From NCBI GenBank assembly GCA_021432655.1, contig MU271474.1, positions 18,018 to 57,901 on the forward strand: a DNA stretch of 39,884 nt. The letters run 5' to 3'. The DNA comes from Atractiella rhizophila. Its lineage: Eukaryota. This document shows, piece by piece, positions 1 to 9,520 of this stretch; position 1 is the first letter of the stretch; each line of letters starts with the position of its first letter. The position numbers were made by a program, and so were the translations under genes. Below the pieces are notes generated by a model. It saw only the letters and a program-made list of their open reading frames with translations. It ran no database searches and was not told where the DNA came from.

Positions 1-602
1 GCTGATTGAGTGTTTTTTTGCCTTCCAGTAAGGTTGACCCTGTCGTCGAACGGATCTTCGTCCTTCATCAACCTGAAGTTGCCAACGAGTTCTGCGTGCA
101 GCCAACACACGTTCTGTATGCGACGTCCTTCCTCACCAGGGCCACAACACTTTGAGCCTAGCACTCTCTCCGTGTCGACTGCGAAGAAATCTGGTCGATT
201 GAGAGAGGAGACTTTCTGGTCGCTGACACGGTGAACGTTTATAGAAACGCAAGTTTGAAGCATTGCATACTTTGTTGAAGAGTTTCACCTGTAGAATTCT
301 ACGTCAATGCTGACTGTCGAGGAAAGCAGTTATATCGTTGCGAACTTACAATCGGATCGTACACCTCGTTCGCTTTGTGGCACGTTTTGTCCAGAGTTTC
401 CATACATTTCGTCAACTCAGCTGAGGGTATGGATTGATTGTCGTATCCATGGAAAAATCGCTGGAGAAAGGCGCTCTTCGTCGCTTGAAAAATTCGGCCT
501 TGACTTTCGGACGCAAGTCTTTTCCTCACATGGGATACCTCACTGTTCACGGGTGGGTGGCTTTGCTCTTTAGCGCTGGAAGTGGTTGGATCGGGCGTCA
601 TG
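1..602 (-). CDS. Possible 5' part of a multi-exon gene running off the left edge; weak resemblance to the N-terminal region of fungal-type protein kinases
   Basis: Minus-strand ORF 299-781 plus a further minus frame over ~1-234 reading ...NRPDFFAVD...WLHAELVGNFR... that stays open to the window edge. Exon structure not resolved and family call is only an impression. Confidence 0.25.
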
Positions 603-857
603 AAATATAGCAGGGAGTCGGAGTTGTTTTCAGTTGGTGACTGTAACTCAGCACTGACTCTGGCTTGCACCAGATCGAGGTAATCTTGTTTGGATTGGGA
701 CAAACAATGTGTCGGAGATGCATCGGAGCGGAAGCGATTGGACGATGACCTCATCGCTCGCCCAGTTGAAATTGGACGCATTCATGCCCAAACGACCACA
801 AATTTCCATCTCGCCACCATCCACCATTTCTGCCCTGAACCACCGGTAGCGTTGGAG

Positions 858-3386
858 ATGGCTAAGGCTATCCCCCCAGCTTATCTCTCCCAGATCCTCT
901 CCAACGACCATCCCTTCCTCGTCCTCGACTTGCGCGCGCCGACCCAGTTCTACTCCCCGACGTCGCCCCATGTCTCCCCGTATTCGTATAACCTCCCACT
1001 CCCAACCACACTCCTCAAGAGGAAGAGCTTTCCTCTGAAAAAGGTATTGGAAGAGTTGCCGATCGAAGTCGTCGAAATGGCAGCTGGAGCAGCCGCTGAT
1101 CGGATGGATGTCGATGGAGCGCAGAAGGGATGGAGGGGTGTGTTGGTCTTAGATGAGAGAGGAGATAGAGCCATCTGTCAGGGACTCTTGGAGAAGTTTA
1201 CCGCTCAGGGTGAGTGGGGAGTGAGCGAGGGGTATTGGGGACGAGACATGTTCTGGGTCGAAGGAGGATGGATGGCTGTCCAACTATTGATCGGCAAGAC
1301 GGGAGTAGTGCCGAGTTGGATCTCGTACGGAGCGACACAGAGCAACGATACCATCATAGAAGAGGATGAGGAGGAAGTCACACCTCCTCTTTCGATGTCT
1401 TACTCAAATTTGAGACAACTTCCAGTCTCCCGTTTCTCCTCCGCCACTCCCTCTCCGTCGCATCAGACGACCGATCCAGCCCAGATCCCCCTCCCAGCTT
1501 CGTCCGCAAATACACCATCGTCTCCTTTCCCCGCACCTATCCCTCACCACCTCGACCTTCCTCCACTCCCATCATCTCCACTAGTTTCTGCAGGTCCACA
1601 AATGTCGACGCCGTCCTCTATAGCTGCCCGAAGGGTGACTACTGCTGGTGGACTGGGAGGCCGTACTGCATCGCCAACGCCATCTCTAGGAAGCATCAAG
1701 ACCAAGCGGTCCGTATCATCGAGCTCGCTTCGACTTAACTTGGGAATGTCGAATGGATTTGGTGGATCAAGCACCATGAGTTCGACATCTTCCGGTTCGA
1801 TGAAGAGCACAAATGTGGGAAAGGCGGCATTTTTCGACAACATTCGACAAGACAATGAAGTATATCATTTCTCTCCACCCGTAAGCGATACATTGATCTG
1901 GTTCACAGCATCTTTCTCTCCAAACGATCCTCTCCAACCTCCAACCACTACATCTTCGTACTCCGCCGCCCCATCTACTCCCGTACCTCCCCTCTTCCCT
2001 CCGCACACTCCTCTCCTTGTCTCCCATCCAACGAATGGAGCACGTCGCCCGCGAATTCTACTCCATCGAGCGTTCGGAGCAAGAGCGGTTGCGCAGCGTG
2101 ATGGAGATGCACACGCGGGAAAGCGGGGGAAGTGCGTTAGGGAAAGTGGCTCCGCCAATCCCAGACGGGCCAGTGTATGGGGATGGCATCGTAGGGATCG
2201 CCCCAACCGTAGCGGGAGGCAGCGCGTCGTCGTCGATGGAGAAGGAAAAAGATTGGGAGCGATACAAGCGGTTTGGCATATCCGCTGGCGTCGAATTGGG
2301 AGAGAGAAACCGGTATAAGAATATTTGGCCTTACGAGCACTCGAGGGTCAAGTTGGCGAGGCCAGAAGGGATGAATCCTAACCACTGGTGCGATTACATC
2401 AATGCATCTCACGTACGAATACCGGGATCCGCGAACGATTACATCGCTACACAGGGACCGCTGCCTGTTACGTTTGAGGACTTTTGGTCAATGATTTGGC
2501 AAGAGCATGTCGGAGTCATTGTTATGCTCACATTATGTTCTGAGGGAGGAAGGGAAAAGTGTGGGCGATATTTCGTAGAAGGGCGGTATGGGCAATACAG
2601 TATCGAGGCTGTTGGGGGCGCCAAGGAGCGAGGGAGCGAGAAAGAAGAAAACAGGTTGAGCGGTTACTTTGGGTTCAATGTTGCCGATGAGAAGAAGGAA
2701 AGCACAATAGTGAAAGAGCTGACACTGACAAAGGCGGGAGAGCGAGGGGAGAGACGCGTCAGACACCTGCAGTATACTGATTGGCCAGATTTCGATGTAC
2801 CCCCGAATCCGAAGAATATCGTCGAGCTAGTCAAGGTTCGCTTCCTCTTTGCTCCTGCCTTCTCCCGCTGATGGAGGAATAGGTGGTGAACAAGTTACAA
2901 CAAGACTACGCTTCAGACATCGCGCCGTCAAAGCCCGGACCCATCTTAGTGCATTGTGCAGCTGGAGTAGGACGTACGGGCAGCTTCATCGTGATCGATT
3001 CCATTCTGTCTTCTCTACGCATACAACGGCACTCCTCCCTCTCTCCCCTGTCGGCTAACCCCATTGATGTCAATTCCACCTCTCCCATCAGCCGGAACAA
3101 TACCAACCTCGCCTCTCTGTCCCGGTCCATCTCACTTGGGAAACGGCATCTCCCTCCGTCCCTTGCAGCTCCGTTGACGGATACTTCCCGCAGCTTTGGG
3201 GTAGCAGACGAGAAGCCACTTGCCATCGTGGATAGGGTTGAATATCTACGCGAGCAACGAATGAGCATGGTTGCGAACTTAAGGCAGTATGCGAGCGTTT
3301 ATGAGGCTGTGCTGGAAGGAGTGATTGAGGAGGCGGAGGGAGAAATATCAAAAGGAGCTAGACTTTCGAAGTCGGTAGCATTATAA
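858..3386 (+). CDS. Classical protein tyrosine phosphatase with N-terminal rhodanese-like domain (fungal Ptp2/Ptp3/Pyp1-like MAPK phosphatase); exons 858-1859, 1909-2835, 2883-3386
   Basis: Rhodanese-like LVLDLR...LPLPTTLLKR and VEGGW; FFDNIRQ motif; pTyr loop RNRYKNIWPYEHSRV, DYINAS, YIATQGP, WPD loop (YTDWPDF), active site HCAAGVGRTG, QRMSMV. GT-AG introns 1860-1908 and 2836-2882, both phase 0, join the three ORFs. Confidence 0.93.
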
Positions 3387-3805
3387 CCCAGCCAGGGTGT
3401 AATTCTTGAGGGTCTCTTTTAACATTTGCTTTTCTGTTAGACCTTATCTGCCTGTTGGTTTCACCTTCAATAGTCAAGAGTTTCTCGTATATAGTATTAT
3501 CTACGTGCACATTTATTGTATATTGGCTAATAGTGACATCTTGCTCAAGTCCATTGTCGCTCTCCACGTTAGATCTCACTGATTCGACCGAATTGACTCT
3601 CTGCCCTCCCCGTTTGATCACTAGTTACTATCGTCTGTGCGAAATCAAAAAAGACCCTGAAGAATGGCTTCGATCAATCGTCACCACTCTTCCACCTTCC
3701 TGATTATGAGTCAGCTTCGCTATACTGAGAAGGATGTAGGAAGCAGAAAGGAGAGGCGTGGGTGCATGAAGCAGGAGGGTTCAAAGCAGCACGACCAATA
3801 GGACT

Positions 3806-5303
3806 CTATATAACTGTCGCTAGTGACAGATTTGGCAGAGCCTGCGTTAATTACTGTCAGAGATCAACAGAAGAGAGTGAGGCGAACAAACCATTTCCAA
3901 TACAGCAAGTTTTGAGCTAGCTTCGTTGAGGAGCAGGGCAGTATCCATTTGTTCTATGAGCTCTTCGGGCATCATCAGCAGAGTCTCTTCGTCATCCGAA
4001 ACGGTATCTGCCGCTTTCTTTCCACTTGCGACCATGTTGTAGTATGCTGCGCTGGTGAAGTGAATCTTCAATAACTCAATATGAGGCGGTGGGGTTCCGT
4101 CGAACTTCACAGGTATGCCATGGAGCCTATCAGTGGCCGAGGAGAAGGAGAAAAATCGAAGCTCCTAAATGGATGTCAATCGAGTTCGGACTTGAAGCGG
4201 TCAGGAAAAACTTGCCGGGGTGATAGAAATAACAAAGGAATCGAACAAACTGTGATGCAGTCCGCAGAGTAGCATTCCATTGTCGAGTGAATTTATCCTC
4301 CGCTTCAGCTCTAGTTTGGGCTCAGACGGTGTACGGAGCTCTGGGTCTTGAAGTTTGACGTCGTTGGTGAGTCGTGCAAACTACAAGCAAGTCAGCTCAA
4401 TATTTCCAAGGGGAAATTGCACAGACCAGACTCCATTTGCTGATAGGGATTACATGGGTGTGGTGAACTGCCGCAGACAACTTGGGATTATAGGTTGCCC
4501 CCATCCCCTTCGGATGTTCATGTTGACACATGACGCACCCACCGTCTCGTACGATGAACCGTCCTTTGGCGCTTTTGTCCTTTTTTGGCACCTTAATCCA
4601 GCGATGTAATGAACTCTCATCACGTACGCGTAGCTCCTTGATCTTGACTGTACCCTGCTCGCTTGCAGGAGTTCGGGGTGTGCCAGAGCCTGACGCAGTT
4701 TGAGAACGATTAAAGCGATCCGACATGTCGCGCAAAGCAACGAGGGTAACGTCTCCAGTCGTGGAAATCGTCAAGCCTACAACCTTCTAGAAATAAAGAT
4801 CCTCACTGTGTTCATTTACAACAACGTAGTCTCCATCTAGGTCTGTTCCGTATTCCACAATCTTGCTACACTCTATTTTCTCCCTCAACAACACCGACTG
4901 CCTAACTGCCAGCTCCGGCGGTTCAAAGAAGACAGAAAGATGTTCGAGCCACGTCAAGGCGCTCTCCAGGGAGATCTTTCGGCAACCTGAAGTTCATCAG
5001 CAAAATTGTTATCTGATGATTGATGAGGGACCTACTCAGTAGAACGATTTCGCGGCCAGCCTTGTTCACACCATGAATTCTTACCGTCAAACTGTCGCCA
5101 GAGGCAGAGGGTGTAAGCTCGCCGCCTTCCTGGACATCATCCATGTCTTCATCCATAGGTGCAGCCATGAGAGACATTGGGCTTTGTTCGCTGGAGCTAG
5201 AAGATGCTGGCTCCGGTTGTGTGTTGGACTCGTCCCTTATGAAAGTTGCCGTTGCCTTACTGATGCTTTGCCTTGGTAGGGTGTGATAGAATCTGGATTC
5301 CAC
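3806..5303 (-). CDS. Multi-exon HNH endonuclease-domain protein (fungal HNH_2 type)
   Basis: Spliced minus-strand reading gives RDGGCVMC...HTHVIP-(intron)-...RINSLDNGMLLCGLHHSLFDSFVISI-(intron)-...PPPHIELLKIHFTSAAYYNMVASG, the typical fungal HNH_2 pattern. Last exon ends at TAG 3806-3808. Start codon uncertain. Confidence 0.8.
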
Positions 5304-5401
5304 AATCGTTCACGATGGTGGAAGACGATCAGCAATGCAAAACACTATGTAGGAGGAGACAAACCTGGATTCCCCAATTGTTCACGATGGTGGAAGACGA
5401 T
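5293..5401. repeat. Imperfect ~37-bp direct repeat (CTGGATTCC.CAAT.GTTCACGATGGTGGAAGACGAT) upstream of the HNH gene
   Basis: Two copies at about 5293-5329 and 5365-5401. Confidence 0.75.
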
Positions 5402-5501
5402 GGGGAATCTAGTGAACGAAGAGGAAGTATATACGAGCGGACGGCGTTGGCTAAGTGCGGGAAGATATGAGATGTGAGACATAACTAGAACAAAGTGAAG
5501 A

Positions 5502-5724
5502 TGTTGGAGATCCGTGGATGCCACTTGTTTGTTTTATTTGCATTGCGTTCCGGATGCCGTGCCAAACATGTGCACTTCACCGCTAGTCCGGACTTATAAG
5601 TATGCTTGATGTGTTTTCTTTCCTTTTCTTTTTCCCCAATCACATATTCGTTTATACCATTTGCACTCACTAATAAGTGATTGGGGATTGTTAGTGCAAA
5701 GTGGTAGAAAGTACATTTCTCACT
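5502..5724 (+). mobile_element. 5' LTR (223 bp) of a truncated LTR retrotransposon, probably Copia
   Basis: Starts TGTTGGAG, ends TTCTCACT, and I see only one mismatch to 7374-7596. Directly followed by a primer-binding site TGGTAGCGAGAG and an ATG-initiated short ORF (5768-5974) that may be the gag N-terminus. Confidence 0.85.
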
Positions 5725-5736
5725 TGGTAGCGAGAG
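5725..5736 (+). promoter_or_regulatory. Primer-binding site TGGTAGCGAGAG (complementary to a tRNA 3' end ...CUCUCGCUACCA, probably initiator Met)
   Basis: Begins TGG (complement of CCA) immediately after the LTR. The same sequence occurs on the minus strand at 29857-29868 between another LTR and a gag relic. Confidence 0.8.
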
Positions 5737-5969
5737 GTGATCGATCCGCTAAAACGGCAATACGGAAATGGCTACGGAAGGAAGTACCACACCCACGGGG
5801 GCCACCTCTGGAAGACAGGATCCTTTCGGCACAAGGGTTTCCACCCCAGGAACTGAGGACGCACCTCCACTCTTCGGTTCAACGTTCACAGTGCCCTACT
5901 CCGTTTCCTCATCGGCAAAAGTCGCTTCAGAGATCACTATGCCCACAGCCTCAGTGCAAACTATCGTCA

Positions 5970-6485
5970 CTTGACGTCCTCAGAACGGGCTAAGGCAGTT
6001 GATACTGGTACATTGCTCCAGTTTTTCTCCACCTCATGATTCACGTCATCTAACTGACTCATCTACAGAATTCGAACTGGTCCTGAAGGTTCTTTGGACC
6101 GACCCTTCCATCCAATCCGCCTGGTTCTACCACCGATGGCTCCTCGGTTTCGCAGAGGAAGCAGGCGCCGTGTCATTCCTTCCTGTTTTAAAAAGGGAGG
6201 TGAAGAACGTGGAGGAGCTGTATGAGTTCGAGCCTGATACTCGCTGTGCGTCCCGCTCCCATTACTTTCAATGCAGTCTGAAGAGACGACGCAGGGTGCA
6301 TGGACGCCCTCGTTCGATGTCGCCTCAAACTAGCAGATTTGCAGGGTTTGAATACTCAAGATGAGGAGGGAGTGAAGAGGGAGTGTGGAGAGCTGCTGAC
6401 CAGGTTGCAGGAGATTGATAAAGATCGTAAAGGCAGATATGCCGATTTGGCAAAGTCTTCTCTGTTGTCCGCTTCTGCGTCTTAG
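5970..6485 (+). pseudogene. BET4: 3' fragment of Rab geranylgeranyltransferase (type II) alpha subunit; exons ~5970-6007, 6069-6245, 6295-6485
   Basis: PPTA-type repeat EFELVLKVLWTDPSIQSAWFYHRWLL, then EELYEFEPDTRWCMDAL and C-terminal LQEIDKDRKGRYADL. Introns 6008-6068 and 6246-6294 splice in frame. No N-terminal repeats upstream, where the LTR relic sits. Confidence 0.8.
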
Positions 6486-7074
6486 GCTGATGCCGGCGTG
6501 ATGAAATGATGTGAATTTAATCGAAATCATGTAACGCTACTGTAATCTACGGTGTTGCTCTCGACGCTGATATCCGACGTATGTGCTTCTACAAAGGTGC
6601 AAAATCCCTTTTCACTAGTTTGCTATTCGCTCCTCGGGAATATTTTCTTGTGTATGAGGGCAAAAGCATCATGGAAAGTAAGTTGCTGGACCACGCTCAG
6701 TGGCGATGACCCATTTTTGCTAAGTTGACGCTGGTGCGAACGATGATAGCAAGATAACGCTCGATGAATAACCAGATGCATTTTGATCAGTTATCACTTT
6801 TCAGAACGTCCAGGCATGAGGTAACTGGTCTATTGTCGCAGTCTGCAATAGTACAGTGTCCGATCCAATTCGCGCTATTATGCGTAACAGCCCCTTATGG
6901 AACCGGCTCTCTTCACTCTTCTTTTACACGACATTTATTAGCAGTGCGCTAATCCAAGCTTCTAAGACACAAAGGGAGACGCAGAGGCAGGAGAGGTGGA
7001 GTCAGGTCTTTTCTCGCTGTTTCAAACAGAGTTACGCCAGACTACACATATAGGTGTACACAAAGGCAGACTTT

Positions 7075-7950
7075 GATCACAGAGAGTGAAAGAAACTGTT
7101 GCTTGGAAGTAGAGAGGAAGGTAGTCGAAGTGGTGGCGAAACATCGAAACCGTCACGTGCATCTTGGAAGAAATGAGAATATTAGTATTCGAAGTTCAAC
7201 CAGGGCAAGTGTACCCACCGTTTTCCACCTCAACCGTACAATCTGTTTCAAATGATGCCTACGCGCCGCCTTCAATGTCTGCTATCAGATAGGAATAAAG
7301 CGAAAATGCGTACAAGCGAGCAATCTAGCTAGAAACTCCAACACCATCTCTTCAGGGACGGCATGTTCATCGCTGTTGGAGATCCGTGGATGCCACTTGT
7401 TTGTTTTATTTGCATTGCGTTCCGGATGCCGTGCCAAACATGTGCACTTCACCGCTAGTCCGGACTTATAAGTATGCTTGATGTGTTTTCTTTCCTTTTC
7501 TTTTTCCCCAATCACATATTCGTTTATACCATTTGCACTCACTAATAAGTGATTGGGGATTGTTAGTGCAAAGTGGTAGAAAGCACATTTCTCACTATCG
7601 CCATTCACCTCAATGATGTATGTATGTTCCCTTTTTTCCTTCAAAAAGCATCTTCTGACGGATAACTAAAATGGGGTGAGGGGACTTACAACAAACCTCC
7701 ACTGGGTCATTCTGGGGGAAGCTTCCATATCGATAGTTTGAGAGTTCTCGTGCAATGGAGAGATGGTAGTGAAGTAGCTCTCGGCTTGAAGGATGAGAGG
7801 GGGGATGTATTCACTTTATATAAGCTGGCTGCCTGCATAATTTTGTTCCCCTGCACGATCTGTGACAAAAGAGAGCTCATTACTATGACCACGTAACTCC
7901 GCACGATCTGTAGCAACTTCAGTAGGATAATTGAATCGAACTTGTCCATC
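7075..7950 (-). CDS. Putative multi-exon gene of unknown function carrying an in-frame solo LTR
   Basis: Minus-strand frame ...HTYIIEVNGD|EHAVPEEMVLEFLARLLA is continuous once the LTR and one TSD copy are removed. Intron-like GT...AG segments flank it. No recognisable domain and boundaries are approximate. Confidence 0.35.
7374..7596 (+). mobile_element. Solo LTR (223 bp) with 5-bp target-site duplication ATCGC
   Basis: ATCGC at 7369-7373 and 7597-7601. Body nearly identical to 5502-5724. No PBS or PPT next to it. Confidence 0.9.
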
Positions 7951-8557
7951 GCAAAGACTTCTCACTGTTTACTGTTTTTACTGAAGACAGCGGCAAAAGC
8001 AAGGTCCATCACGCACGAGGGACACGATTCCCGCACGAGCCGAACGAGGGCTTCTATTGGTTTCTTTGCTCCATGATTCCAAGTACACCATTTTCCGTAG
8101 CTCTAAGGCTCTTCAGACGCTTCAAGCCCTTGTCCGTCCAGCACTGAGCCTAGCACAAAGCCTTGCCGTGAATCTTTCAGAGGTCACTCAGAGAACAGAA
8201 CTTGACCGGCGGTCGGGGCACAATATTCAAGGCTCACACTTGCGAACACGATCCAATATCCGTGTTGTGGGAATGACCCATACCAGCCAGAACCTTAGAT
8301 AGGGCGGGAGATAGAGACGTGTGCAAGTGTCAACTGGAACGGGAGAAACCCATGGCTCCTCTGCACTGGCGGGGGACTTGTGTTACTTCAATTAAACAAA
8401 AACGCACGTTTGCCGGCGTACGGGCACAGCATGTCGCCAATTCCACCCACTACAGACCCCACTTCATCGTTTAACCCGAGCTTCCATTTGACAGCTTTAC
8501 AGCACCTATCCTTGGCACTCCACCTCTCACTGCACTCGTGAGATGTTGACGTTGAAT

Positions 8558-9483
8558 TAGGGATGGCTATCGGAGTCGAATCGTACCAGCTACGCCGGGT
8601 CCGATGGCCAGTCATGTATCGATCGAAGACAAAAATGGACCACGACTTACGATTCGATACGAGTACGGCTCCCAAGGCGTATCGAATCGCCAGCGTGTGG
8701 ATTTTACGACTACGATACGATACACGATTCCATGCGCACGTTTTTGGGGGAACGGCACGAATAGTAAGGTGTTCACATCACTCTCAGCTGCATGTGCTTA
8801 CAGTCTTCAGCCCCATGGCTGCTGTCCGCCGCCAGCATATAAATCCTCACTATCTTCTCCCCGTTGACGTCGCGCCACCATGGCAACACTGGACATTCTC
8901 GGGCTAGGAAAAAGGTCAAGGACTTCAGTGGATATTGCGAAGAGGAACAACGAGGATGGGACTGCACTTAGCCAGTCCAAGAAGCGAAAGGATGAGGAGT
9001 CTGAGTGGGTCTTCTCTCCTTACGATGGACGCTTGTTGATTGACATTGCACACAGACACCAAAAGATAGCGGAGTTCGAAGCCATGCAAGAAGTCGATCA
9101 TTACATGAAGCAGCCACAACTCCCTGCTTCAGTCATATCTTCGAATTGCACAAGGTTCAATCGACTGCCTCGCTGCCTGCATGTTCTCGGATGGCAAGAG
9201 ACATACTCTCCATCCCTGGTTTGTCCTCTGCCTCTCCTCTGCTATGCTTAGATTTGATAACTTCGAAGGGTGCGCTGTTGGTGTGGAACAGGTATTTTCA
9301 GGTGGAAGGGACACAATCAGCATCTGAAGACATCGTTTAAAGCCCTCCACTATTCGTCTGCTGATCATTACGAAGGCTAAGCTTAGGTTAGATCGAACAA
9401 GAAAGAGGATGGAGCTGTTGAGGAAGCTGGAAGAAGCTGAAAAGATGCACGAGATGCAGGTTCTGGCCGAAGCACAGAGCTGA
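8558..9483 (+). mobile_element. Internally deleted hAT transposon relic: left terminus plus degenerate C-terminal dimerisation domain
   Basis: TAGGGATGGC at 8558 resembles hAT TIRs and is followed by CGAT/ATCG-rich subterminal repeats. Spliced reading gives SRMARDILSIPG-CAVGVEQVFSGGRDTISI*RHRLKPSTIR (hAT dimerisation motif) with in-frame TGA at 9325-9327. Confidence 0.8.
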
Positions 9484-9520
9484 ATTTTGTCTTTACCATA
9501 ACCATCTTGTATTTCATTTC

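Noticed and set aside
690..2318. 542-aa ORF as a stand-alone protein
   Set aside because: It reads through the 1860-1908 intron; the spliced product continues in the phosphatase frame.
5502..7596. Single LTR element bounded by the two LTR copies that captured BET4
   Set aside because: The right copy has its own TSD on both sides and no PPT, and the left flank GAAGA is not repeated at the right end, so these are independent insertions.
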